Source: Dickeya solani IPO 2222 (lineage in GTDB: Bacteria; Pseudomonadota; Gammaproteobacteria; Enterobacterales; Enterobacteriaceae). From it: 32,000 nucleotides of DNA. The position numbers were made by a program, and so were the translations under genes. The notes beneath the pieces were generated by a model. That model was not told the DNA's origin. It searched no databases and saw only the letters and a program-made list of their open reading frames with translations. The DNA lies in the NCBI RefSeq assembly GCF_001644705.1, contig NZ_CP015137.1, positions 4,650,001 to 4,682,000 on the forward strand, in the 5' to 3' direction. Below, in pieces: positions 9,501 to 16,645 of the stretch; the first letter of the stretch is position 1; each line of letters starts with the position of its first letter.

Positions 9501-10201
9501 TTGCGGCGCTGCAAAGAGCAGTCACGCTCACCCAGCGCCACGACGTTGCCTTTACCGTCGCCGAAGATTTGCACTTCGATATGGCGCGCGCGGTCCACAC
9601 AACGCTCGACAAACACCCCGGCGTCGCTGAAAAACTGCTCGCCCAGGCGGCGTACGCTGTCCCAGGCCTGCTGCAGCGCTGGCGCATCGGCGCAACGCGT
9701 CAGGCCGATCCCGCCGCCGCCCGCGGTGCTTTTGAGCATCACTGGATAGCCGATTTCCGCCGCCGCCGCGAGCGCCTCATCAAGAGAGTCGAGCAGCCCG
9801 GTTCCCGGCGTCATGGGAACGCCCGCCTGCGCGGCCAGTTCGCGTGCCCGGTGCTTGAGGCCAAACTCGCCGATCTGGTGCGCGGTCGGGCCGACAAACA
9901 CGATCCCGGCCTGTTCACACGCGTCGGCAAACGGCAGGCTCTCGGACAGAAATCCGTAGCCCGGCCAGATGGCCTGCGCGCCGCTCTCACGTGCCGCGTC
10001 GATAACGTTATCGATACGCAGATAGCTGTCGCTGGCCTTCTCGCCGCCCAGCGCGATAGCCACGTCGGCTTGCTTTACATGCTCGGCGTTTTTATCCGCA
10101 TCGGAATAGACCGCAACGCTGGTGATACCCAGACGTTTCAGCGTGCGAATGGCGCGACAGGCGATTTCGCCACGGTTGGCAATCAATACGGTGTTAAACA
10201 T
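6584..10201 (-). CDS. Urea carboxylase (biotin-dependent, ATP-hydrolysing)
   Basis: 1205 aa. N-terminal biotin carboxylase / ATP-grasp (VLIANRGEIACR...), a central KipA/KipI-like carboxyltransferase region, and a C-terminal biotinyl-lysine motif (VEAMKME). Start at ATG 10201 (MFNTVLIANRGE) overlaps the allophanate hydrolase stop (ATGTTTAA). Confidence 0.92.
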   Translation of the reverse strand: MFNTVLIANRGEIACRAIRTLKRLGITSVAVYSDADKNAEHVKQADVAIALGGEKASDSYLRIDNVIDAARESGAQAIWPGYGFLSESLPFADACEQAGIVFVGPTAHQIGEFGLKHRARELAAQAGVPMTPGTGLLDSLDEALAAAAEIGYPVMLKSTAGGGGIGLTRCADAPALQQAWDSVRRLGEQFFSDAGVFVERCVDRARHIEVQIFGDGKGNVVALGERDCSLQRRNQKVVEETPAPHLPAATREALLSAAVQLGKQVDYRSAGTVEFIYDAELDAFYFLEVNTRLQVEHPVTECVTGLDLVECMLRVAADEPVDWARLTQAPQGAAIEVRIYAENPLKNFLPSPGVLTEVSFPDGVRIDTGVSTGSEVSAFYDPMIAKLIVQGETREEALAKLQAALDATRLHGITTNLDYLRQITASAAFQSGRVWTRMLDSVVAQSAVIEVLQPGTWSSIQDYPGRLGYWDIGVPPSGPMDDFAFRLANRIVGNHEAAAGLEFTLQGPVLQFHSEAVIALTGADCRATLDGETVPLWRPVTVKAGQTLALGRAQVGCRAYMAVRNGIDVPEYLGSRSTFALGQFGGHAGRTLKVADLLPISRPELAACTTPAPVSEPQALSASLIPTYGEVWRIGVLYGPHGAPDFFTQASIDEFFASDWQVHYNSNRLGVRLVGPKPSWTRPNGGEAGLHPSNVHDCEYAMGAINFTGDFPVILTRDGPSLGGFVCPVTIAKAELWKVGQVKPGDRIRFYPISVEEAVAVEKAQERSIETLHASRAAAFATPSLADRDGVSAAALISLPAAAGAPAIVYRQAGDNYILIEYGDNVLDLALRLRVHLLMEHLRALAHPGIKELSPGVRSLQVRYDSLEISQQTLVALLLELETRIGDVSRMKVPSRIVHMPMAFEDSATLDAVSRYTDTVRASAPWLPNNVDFIQRINGLSSRDEVKQTLFDASYLILGLGDVYLGAPCAVPVDPRHRLLSSKYNPARTFTAEGTVGIGGMYMCIYGMDSPGGYQLVGRTLPIWNKFLKNEQFQAGEPWLLRFFDQVRFYPVSEDELNQLRDDFREGRATIRIEETVFDFPQHLQFLQTHAADIADFRTRQTEAFEAEVERWQQDEQAVVVDSLVPEAVAEVDDGALPVCADMNGNIWKVLVNPGDTVEEGQSLIIVEAMKMELAINAPQGGKVKRIACQPGRPVSPGDTLMWLE

Positions 10202-11996
10202 GTTTGCTCTCCTGACGGGCAATCCAGTTACGCCAGCCTTTCCATTCAGTAATGTCCGTAGCCTCATTCAGCGCCGCCGGTTCACAGATAAAGCCTTTCA
10301 CCCAGCGACCATCGCCAAGCTCAAGCGAACCGATACCCAGCGGAGCGGGAATTTCCGCCACAAACTCGCCAAAGCGCGCCAGCGGAATGTCCCACAGCTC
10401 CACCGCAATCGCCGCGCCCGTCGCCTGACGCGCAATGCCAGGCTTTGCAGGCTGCGTGTTCGCCAGCGCATAGAGCCGATAGCACGATGCGGTTTCCGTG
10501 GCTTCGACAAACACCGCATCACGCTGGGTTAGCTGGAAATTGAGCGGCATGCCGCGCAGATGCGCGCCCACCACCGCAACGCGCACATGGTTTTCGGAGG
10601 CTGGCAATGCTGCAGACGTTTTTTTAAATGGCTGCCCGGTGGCCCCCAGCGGCAAGGCCAGATGCTGTTGCCAGCTCATACCGAAATCCGCCAGCGCACG
10701 GTCATGCCATGCCGGGGCAATCAGCGTGATGCCGGCAGGCAGTCCGTCGGCACGAAATGGCGCAGGCAAGGCCAGCGCGGCAAGGTCAGCCAGGTTGGTA
10801 AAGTTGGTGTAGGTGCCAAACTGCGAGTTGAAGCGAATCGGCTCTTGCTTCATCTCTTCAATGGTGTGGATGGTGGGTGAGGTCGGCACCACCAGCGCAT
10901 CGACATCGCGCAATGCGCTCTGAATCTGCTGCGTCAGTTCGGCGCGCAGGTACTCCGCTTTAAACGCATCCACCGCGCTGTAGTTCAGCCCGGCGGCGAT
11001 AATGGCGTAGACGCTGGGGTCCATCTGTTCCGGATGGTCGAGCATATCGCCTACCGCCGCCGTGCGCTCTGCCACCCAGGGTCCCTGATAAAGCTGTTCG
11101 GCGAGTTGGTAAAAAGGGGAAAAATCAATGGGCGTGAGTGTCGCGCCGCTTTCGCGCAATGCATCCAGTGCTTTCAGCCACGCGCGTTCGGCCGGTTCAT
11201 CGCCAAAAAATATCGGTTCAGAAGGAATGGCAAAGCGCGGACTTGGCGGCATTGCCGCCGGCGCCGTCGCCGGGTTGACGCGGGAATAGGCGTCTTGTGT
11301 ATCAGCGCCCCCGGCAAGCGTGGCGATATAAAACGCGTCTTCAACCGTCAGGGCAAAAACGGATAGCGTGTCATTGAGACGACAGGCGGGTAATACGCCC
11401 TTCGCGGAAAGCCATCCTTTGGTGGGTTTTAAGCCAACAATATTGTTAAACCCGGCAGGCACGCGCCCGGAACCGGCGGTATCGGTGCCAAACGCAAACG
11501 GCACCAGCCCGCGGGCCACCACCGAGGCCGAGCCTGAACTTGACCCACCGCTCACATAGCGGTTGTCAAACGTGTTCGCGACCGCGCCATACGGGGAACG
11601 CGTGCCGACAAGACCGGTGGCGAACTGATCAAGATTGGTTTTACCAATCAGAATCGCCCCTGCCGCTTTCAGTCTTGCCACTGCGGTAGCATCATGCTGC
11701 GCGACAAATTCGAAAGCGGGACATGCCGCCGTAGTGGGCCAGCCGGCGACATCCACATTGTCTTTTACCGCAAACGGAATACCAAATAACGGTAGCGTCT
11801 GGGGATTGTTGCGATAAAGCGGAAGTAAACTATCCACCTGTTCGCGTAACTGCGTTTCACTGACGATATAAATCCACGCATTATCTTCTGCGGACAGGGA
11901 GTCAATATGCGTTTTTAAGAGTGAAAAAACCGCTTCGCTATCCTGCTCGATCTGCTGCTGCCATGCTGCCAGTGTTTTTCCGGTCATCAATGCCAT
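10194..11996 (-). CDS. Allophanate hydrolase (amidase-signature family)
   Basis: 600 aa. Amidase signature GGSSSGSA, plus the C-terminal extra domain typical of allophanate hydrolases. Start set at ATG 11996 (MALMTGKTL...), preceded by AGGAA. Translationally coupled to urea carboxylase. Confidence 0.9.
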   Translation of the reverse strand: MALMTGKTLAAWQQQIEQDSEAVFSLLKTHIDSLSAEDNAWIYIVSETQLREQVDSLLPLYRNNPQTLPLFGIPFAVKDNVDVAGWPTTAACPAFEFVAQHDATAVARLKAAGAILIGKTNLDQFATGLVGTRSPYGAVANTFDNRYVSGGSSSGSASVVARGLVPFAFGTDTAGSGRVPAGFNNIVGLKPTKGWLSAKGVLPACRLNDTLSVFALTVEDAFYIATLAGGADTQDAYSRVNPATAPAAMPPSPRFAIPSEPIFFGDEPAERAWLKALDALRESGATLTPIDFSPFYQLAEQLYQGPWVAERTAAVGDMLDHPEQMDPSVYAIIAAGLNYSAVDAFKAEYLRAELTQQIQSALRDVDALVVPTSPTIHTIEEMKQEPIRFNSQFGTYTNFTNLADLAALALPAPFRADGLPAGITLIAPAWHDRALADFGMSWQQHLALPLGATGQPFKKTSAALPASENHVRVAVVGAHLRGMPLNFQLTQRDAVFVEATETASCYRLYALANTQPAKPGIARQATGAAIAVELWDIPLARFGEFVAEIPAPLGIGSLELGDGRWVKGFICEPAALNEATDITEWKGWRNWIARQESKHV

Positions 11997-12035
11997 CGTT
12001 GAATTCCTGCTGGTATACAAGATGGAATTCAAAAA

Positions 12036-12050
12036 GCAACGCGCGTGCCA
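12036..12050 (-). promoter_or_regulatory. Sigma-54 (RpoN) -24/-12 promoter of the allophanate hydrolase / urea carboxylase / urt operon
   Basis: The minus strand reads TTGGCACGCGCGTTGCTT, i.e. TGGCAC-N5-TTGC, an exact match to the sigma-54 core consensus. The -12 GC lies 40 nt upstream of the ATG at 11996. Confidence 0.8.
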
Positions 12051-12055
12051 AAAGT

Positions 12056-12067
12056 ACAATTAATTGT
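12056..12067. promoter_or_regulatory. 12-bp perfect palindrome ACAATTAATTGT abutting the -24 element (candidate operator)
   Basis: Perfect palindrome 6 bp upstream of the -24 element. It overlaps a second inverted repeat, ATTGTTTTT (12063-12071) / AAAAACAAT (12086-12094). Related ACAATTGT occurs at 12138-12145 and ACAATT near 12292. Confidence 0.3.
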
Positions 12068-12134
12068 TTTTATTAATTTATAAGAAAAAACAATGTGGTT
12101 TTAAATATAAACCTGCACTACAGAAGAACATGCA

Positions 12135-12151
12135 TGCACAATTGTTGTGCT
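12135..12151. promoter_or_regulatory. NtrC-like enhancer half-palindrome (TGCAC-N7-GTGCT)
   Basis: TGCACAATTGTTGTGCT compared with the NtrC consensus TGCACC-N5-GGTGCA. The GCAC/GTGC cores have correct spacing and 9 of 12 fixed positions match. It lies about 85 bp upstream of the -24 element. Confidence 0.25.
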
Positions 12152-12152
12152 T

Positions 12153-12278
12153 TATACCCGTCATACTTCACGTTGCAGGTGCGCTGGCTTTCTTACTCGG
12201 CCCAGTCACTTACTTGAGTCAGCGCCTGAGGATTCACTGCGTCGCCGCCTTCCTGCAAATCGAATTATTTGGGATATA
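12153..12278 (-). repeat. ERIC (enterobacterial repetitive intergenic consensus / IRU) element, ~126 bp
   Basis: TATACCCGTCATACTTCA...CCCAGTCACTTACTT...CCTGAGGATTCAC...TTCCTGCAAATCGAATTATTTGGGATATA. It contains near-exact complements or matches of the ERIC2 and ERIC1R primer regions and the characteristic terminal inverted repeats. Confidence 0.85.
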
Positions 12279-12390
12279 GATTATTGGAAAAACAATTTTA
12301 ATAAAAACCGTCAGAATAGTAAGTTATGTCTCGGGGAAATTCATTGCGTCGGGATTGACTTATTCCCTATTGATTAACGTTCGCAATAAA

Positions 12391-12420
12391 AAGAAACCCA
12401 CGTCAACGCGTGGGTTTCTT
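12391..12420 (-). terminator. Bidirectional rho-independent terminator (serves dbpA)
   Basis: 12-bp perfect stem AAGAAACCCACG / CGTGGGTTTCTT with a 6-nt loop. An A-run lies on the left and a T-run on the right, so a U-tract follows the hairpin on either strand. Confidence 0.8.
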
Positions 12421-12489
12421 TTTATAAGCAGTGAAAATAGAACAATGACCGTTAGTCAGTTTCACCCTTCTGTAACTAATAGCCATGTT

Positions 12490-12518
12490 CCCCCTCCCCC
12501 GGAGATTGGCGGAGGGGG
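12490..12518. repeat. C-rich/G-rich hairpin immediately 3' of dbpA
   Basis: CCCCCTCC (12490-12497) / GGAGGGGG (12511-12518) with a 13-nt loop, 18 nt past the dbpA stop. Confidence 0.4.
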
Positions 12519-12535
12519 CCTGCCGCTTGCTTTCC

Positions 12536-13909
12536 CTACTTCAACAGCCTGACCTTCACCGCCTTCCCTTTAATTTTCCCCTGCTGCAACTGCTTCCACG
12601 CGTGGCGCGCCACCGACTGCTTCACCGCCACATACGCATGCATCGGATGAATCGCAATCTTACCGATATCAGCGCCATCCAGCCCCATGTCGCCGGTTAA
12701 CGCCCCCAGAATATCGCCCGGACGCATTTTGGCTTTCTTACCCCCGTCGATGCACAGCGTCGCCATCGTGGCTTCCAACGGGGTGATGCGCAGTCCGGTC
12801 GGCAGCGGATGCCAGTTGAGTTTTATATTCAGCATCTCTTCCAGCGCATTCGCACGCTGGGCCTCTTCCGGCGCGCAGAGACTGATGGCCAACCCACTTT
12901 CACCGGCGCGGGCGGTACGGCCGATGCGGTGAACATGCACCTCGGGATCCCATGACAGCTCGTAGTTAATCACCATCTCCAGCGCTTTGATATCCAGCCC
13001 ACGCGCGGCAACATCGGTTGCCACCAACACACGGCTGCTACCGTTAGCGAAGCGCACCAGGGTCTGGTCGCGGTCACGCTGCTCCATGTCGCCGTGCAGC
13101 GCCAGCACGCTCTGGTTACTGTCGGTCAGGGCATCGTATACCGCCTGGCAATCTTTTTTGGTATTGCAGAACACCACGCAGGAAGCGGGCTGTTCGCGGC
13201 TCAGCAGTTTTTGCAGCAGGTCGATTTTACCGCTGCGGGAGACCTCATAGAACTGCTGTTCAACCGCCGGCAGTTCATCCACCGTGTCGATGGCAATGGT
13301 CAGCGGATCGCGCTGAATACGGTGACTGATGGCGGCAATCGCATCCGGCCAGGTGGCGGAAAACAGCAGCGTCTGACGCTGGGCGGGTACGTGGGCGATA
13401 ACCTCGTTGATGGCGTCGGCAAAGCCCATATCAAGCATCCGGTCCGCTTCATCCAGCACCAGAGTCTGCAATGCATCAACGCTTACCGTCTCTTTTTTCA
13501 GGTGATCCAGCAGTCGACCCGGCGTGGCGACGATGATATGGGGGGCATGGATCAGCGAGTCGCGCTGGATACCGAACGGTACGCCGCCGCAGAGAGTCAG
13601 CACCTTGATGTTCGGCATGTAGCGAGCCAGACGACGCAGTTCGTTTGCTACCTGATCGGCGAGTTCGCGGGTCGGACACAACACCAGCGACTGGGTGTTG
13701 AACTGCCCGGCATCAAGGTGCTGTAACAGGCCCAGGCCGAAAGCCGCGGTTTTGCCGCTGCCGGTTTTCGCCTGCGCGCGGACGTCTTTTCCTGCGAGGA
13801 TCGCCGGTAACGCCGCTGCCTGAATGGGGGTCATGGACAGGTAGCCCAGCTCGTTAAGGGTAGTGAGTTGTTCCGCAGGAAGCGCGTTAAGTTCAGCAAA
13901 TGAGGTCAC
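12536..13909 (-). CDS. dbpA: ATP-dependent 23S rRNA-specific DEAD-box RNA helicase DbpA
   Basis: DEAD-box motifs AKTGSGKT, PTRELA, DEAD, SAT, HRIGRTAR. The C-terminal RNA-binding domain (...KIKGKAVKVRLLK) is collinear with E. coli DbpA as I recall it. A GTG start at 13909 (VTSFAELN...) gives 457 aa, the E. coli length. Confidence 0.92.
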   Translation of the reverse strand: MTSFAELNALPAEQLTTLNELGYLSMTPIQAAALPAILAGKDVRAQAKTGSGKTAAFGLGLLQHLDAGQFNTQSLVLCPTRELADQVANELRRLARYMPNIKVLTLCGGVPFGIQRDSLIHAPHIIVATPGRLLDHLKKETVSVDALQTLVLDEADRMLDMGFADAINEVIAHVPAQRQTLLFSATWPDAIAAISHRIQRDPLTIAIDTVDELPAVEQQFYEVSRSGKIDLLQKLLSREQPASCVVFCNTKKDCQAVYDALTDSNQSVLALHGDMEQRDRDQTLVRFANGSSRVLVATDVAARGLDIKALEMVINYELSWDPEVHVHRIGRTARAGESGLAISLCAPEEAQRANALEEMLNIKLNWHPLPTGLRITPLEATMATLCIDGGKKAKMRPGDILGALTGDMGLDGADIGKIAIHPMHAYVAVKQSVARHAWKQLQQGKIKGKAVKVRLLK

Positions 13910-14119
13910 AGTGAAAATTCCAGATGAAATAGACCGACAATTATACCATCCCTTTCCTGCCTCACCGTGAAGAGTTTTCACCTCGCCATCCTCGGATTCT
14001 GCGATATCTGCTCCCCCCCGGTGGGGTCGGTCCGGTTCAATTTTTTCGAATAGAAATAAGCGGTGATGCGTTTACCCATCATTCACACCACGCATTAATT
14101 AACCCTGGAGTACATTAAG

Positions 14120-14671
14120 ATGAACCACGTTTCCCCTTCCCAGCGTTCCATTGCCCGCCGTCTGGCTATCCCGGTACTGCTATTTTCTTTGCATGTCCCG
14201 CAGGTTTTTGCTGCGGGCGACGATGATTCCAACCGTAAAACGCCCGACTGCCCGGCCGGACAGGTTTATAACAGCGCCACGAAACAGTGTGTCCCTGAGA
14301 AAACCAGCCGTCTCAGCGATCAGGATAAAACGAACTACGCTTATCACCTGGCTAAAAAAGGTGAGTATCAGGCGGCGCTGAACCTGCTGGATACCCTGAA
14401 AAACGGCAATACCGCGGAAGCCTGGAACTACCGGGGTTACGCCACGCGAAAACTCGGGCGAACCGACGAAGGCATCGGCTATTATCAACGTTCGCTGGCG
14501 CTCAATCCGAATTATGCAAAAGTGCGCGAATATCTTGGCGAAGCGTGGCTGGTGAAAGGCCGCCCCGATCTGGCACAGGAGCAACTGAAAACGATCGCCA
14601 GCCTGTGTGGCCAAAACTGTGAAGAGTATCGTGATTTACAGGCCGCGATTAACGGGCATCCTGAATCCTGA
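14120..14671 (+). CDS. Secreted TPR-repeat protein
   Basis: 183 aa. Signal peptide ...LLFSLHVPQVFA/AG. TPR-like repeats (YAYHLAKKGEYQAALNLL, AWNYRGYATRKLGRTDEGIGYYQRSLALNPNYAKVREYLGEAWL). Two Cys pairs (DCPAGQ...KQC and LCGQNC). GGAG lies upstream of the ATG. Confidence 0.7.
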   Translation: MNHVSPSQRSIARRLAIPVLLFSLHVPQVFAAGDDDSNRKTPDCPAGQVYNSATKQCVPEKTSRLSDQDKTNYAYHLAKKGEYQAALNLLDTLKNGNTAEAWNYRGYATRKLGRTDEGIGYYQRSLALNPNYAKVREYLGEAWLVKGRPDLAQEQLKTIASLCGQNCEEYRDLQAAINGHPES

Positions 14672-15209
14672 GTATCACCGCGAGGACAAGAAAATCACTA
14701 CCAGTGAAGTTCGCCAGCAGCTTGCCGCGCATCTGACACGCCTGTGGCGCTATGGTCTGGTGCTGTCGCACAGTCACGATGTTGCTGAAGAATTAGTTCA
14801 GTCCACCTGCGTTCGCGCGCTCGAAAAGAGCGCGCAATTTACGCCGGGTACCCGCATCGACAGATGGTTATTCTCCATTCTCCACTCTATTTGGATTTCC
14901 GAACTGCGTGCTCGCCGCGTACGTATGGGGCAAGGGTTTATCGACAGCGATGAATTGCTGGCGCCGGATACCCACGCGCTGAATGACGACCGTCGGCATT
15001 ACCAGAAAATCATGCAACGGGTGAACACGCTGCCTGAAGCGCAACGCAACGCCATATTTTTAGTTTATGTAGAAGGATTTACCTATCAGGAGGCGGCAGA
15101 TACGCTGGCGGTCCCGATCGGCACGATTATGAGCCGACTGGCGGCGGCACGGACCATTCTGGCCCAATTGGTTGACGCCTCGGTGCCGGTGAAGGAAAAA
15201 CATTCATGA
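14607..15209 (+). CDS. ECF-type RNA polymerase sigma-70 factor (start codon uncertain)
   Basis: Sigma-2 region (DVAEELVQSTCVRALEK...WLFSILHSIWISELR) and sigma-4 region (LPEAQRNAIFLVYVEGFTYQEAADTLAVPIGTIMSRL). There is no ATG in the first ~100 codons. Candidate GTG starts at 14607, 14619 and 14631 all lie inside the 3' end of the TPR gene. The stop overlaps the anti-sigma ATG (ATGA). Confidence 0.8.
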   Translation: MAKTVKSIVIYRPRLTGILNPEYHREDKKITTSEVRQQLAAHLTRLWRYGLVLSHSHDVAEELVQSTCVRALEKSAQFTPGTRIDRWLFSILHSIWISELRARRVRMGQGFIDSDELLAPDTHALNDDRRHYQKIMQRVNTLPEAQRNAIFLVYVEGFTYQEAADTLAVPIGTIMSRLAAARTILAQLVDASVPVKEKHS

Positions 15210-16009
15210 AATCAATAAATTTCACTCCCCCCTACAGTGACGAAGCCATTGTTGCCTGGCTTGACGGTGAGATGAATGACACCGATGCACAGCGGTTCGA
15301 ACAGGTGCTCAGAAGCGACGATCAACTTGCCGTGCGCATCGCTACGCTGCAGAAAAGCGATCTGGCGTTTAAAGAAGCCTTCGCACCGTTGCTCGATGAC
15401 GCGCCCCAGGCCCGGATGCAGCATCGGCTTGAGCAACTGCTAACAACGACGCCCTCGTCGGGAGAAACCTCACCGCGCACCGGGGTTAGCCGCCGTTCGC
15501 TGATTGCCGCCTCGCTCAGTTTTCTGGTAATGGGTTCAGGGCTGGGGTATCTGGCGCGCCCGGCCTCGGCGGTTGGTAGCGAGAGCGAGAAAATTCGCGA
15601 TCTTGAGGCCCGCTACATGTCGCTGTACAGCGCGGAAACGCTGCTCGATATGGACAGCGCCTCGCCCGTGCTGGCTCGAGGGCTGGCGCGTACCGCGCAG
15701 GACATTGGGCTGCATCTGAGCGAACAGCAGCTTATTATTCAAGGCGCGGAGCTGAAAATGGTACGTATGCTGCGCTATGACAGCACCTCAATCGCACAGA
15801 TTGCCTGGATGCATGCCGATTACGGGCCGATGGCGTTGTGCATTTCCCCTGATCGTCAACGAAACGCAACCGCGATCAACAATGAACAGCGACATGGAAT
15901 GCATCTTGCCTGGTGGCACGCCGGAGGCTATCAGTTCGTATTGATCGGCCGCAATCCTGTCTCACAGCTTAGCGATAGCGCGCTCAGGTTGCAGACCTCA
16001 CTGACATAA
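15206..16009 (+). CDS. Single-pass transmembrane anti-sigma factor
   Basis: 267 aa. N-terminal anti-sigma domain without the HxxxCxxC zinc motif. Central TM helix SLIAASLSFLVMGSGLGYLA. Periplasmic C-terminal domain. Translationally coupled to the ECF sigma gene, with an AAGGA RBS. Confidence 0.75.
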   Translation: MKSINFTPPYSDEAIVAWLDGEMNDTDAQRFEQVLRSDDQLAVRIATLQKSDLAFKEAFAPLLDDAPQARMQHRLEQLLTTTPSSGETSPRTGVSRRSLIAASLSFLVMGSGLGYLARPASAVGSESEKIRDLEARYMSLYSAETLLDMDSASPVLARGLARTAQDIGLHLSEQQLIIQGAELKMVRMLRYDSTSIAQIAWMHADYGPMALCISPDRQRNATAINNEQRHGMHLAWWHAGGYQFVLIGRNPVSQLSDSALRLQTSLT

Positions 16010-16026
16010 CACCTTGTCCAAAGTCC

Positions 16027-16065
16027 CCTCCCTCCACGCCGCGGCAGTAAAGGCGCGGAGGGAGG
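16027..16065. terminator. Stem-loop between the convergent anti-sigma and yceI-family genes
   Basis: CCTCCCTCCACGCC (16027-16040) / GGCGCGGAGGGAGG (16052-16065), 13 of 14 bp paired, 11-nt loop. It sits in the 60-nt gap between two convergent stop codons. The flanking U-tracts are poor. Confidence 0.5.
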
Positions 16066-16069
16066 ATGT

Positions 16070-16645
16070 TCATAATGCGCGCCGGACTTGCGCCTGGATG
16101 TCAATATTAATCGCGACCCGGTCATCTACCAGGGCGGTAAACCGATCCATATTAAAGGCCGAGCGTGAAATAGCGGTTGTGGCATGGAGAAACAACGTTC
16201 CCCCGGTTGGCGATGCCCCGCCATGCTCCTCCAGCGTGGCCTCCAGAATCACTGGGCGCTGAATGTTTTTTACCGACAGCGAACCAAACACGCGAAAGTG
16301 GCCATGTCCTTGCGCCACAACGCGGCTACTGGTGAAAACAATCCAGGGATAGTGTTTTGCGTCAAAAAACATACCGCTTTTCAACTGATAGGTCAGCAAG
16401 GCGTTGGAAGCCTCAAGCGTAGCAACGGGAATTTTCACTGCAATGCGGTCATCGATTTCCTTCACAGAATCCAGCGTAACGTCCCCTGTCACACCATCCA
16501 GATACGCCTGTGAGGTATCGCCAAATGCGTGCCATGAAAGCGCAATGACGGTTTTATTCGTTGAAATAGTATAGTTGAGAGGTGTGGCGTGCAGCGTTGG
16601 GCTTACCAACAACCCAACGGCCGCTACGGACATGATGCGCATCAT
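16070..16645 (-). CDS. YceI-family periplasmic (polyisoprenoid-binding-like) protein
   Basis: 191 aa from ATG 16645, preceded by GAGGAG. Signal peptide MMRIMSVAAVGLLVSPTLHA. YceI-like beta-barrel signature regions (...HGHFRVFGSLSVKNIQRPVILEATL...). Confidence 0.75.
   Translation of the reverse strand: MMRIMSVAAVGLLVSPTLHATPLNYTISTNKTVIALSWHAFGDTSQAYLDGVTGDVTLDSVKEIDDRIAVKIPVATLEASNALLTYQLKSGMFFDAKHYPWIVFTSSRVVAQGHGHFRVFGSLSVKNIQRPVILEATLEEHGGASPTGGTLFLHATTAISRSAFNMDRFTALVDDRVAINIDIQAQVRRAL

Noticed and set aside
11997-12153. I looked for a ykkC / guanidine-I riboswitch or another leader structure upstream of the allophanate hydrolase gene.
   Set aside because: The sigma-54 promoter leaves a leader of only about 28-40 nt. 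No conserved ykkC-like helices or motifs are visible.
12354-12426. Possible tiny plus-strand transcript: a TTGACT -35-like hexamer at ~12355, ending at the bidirectional terminator.
   Set aside because: There is no acceptable -10 hexamer at 16-18 bp spacing, and the transcript would be under 50 nt. The terminator is adequately explained as the dbpA terminator.
12064-12552. Small plus-strand ORFs in the AH-dbpA intergenic region (12064-12279, 12147-12377, 12355-12552).
   Set aside because: They read through the ERIC repeat, the bidirectional terminator and the G/C hairpin. They have no RBS or recognisable protein features, so they are almost certainly non-coding.
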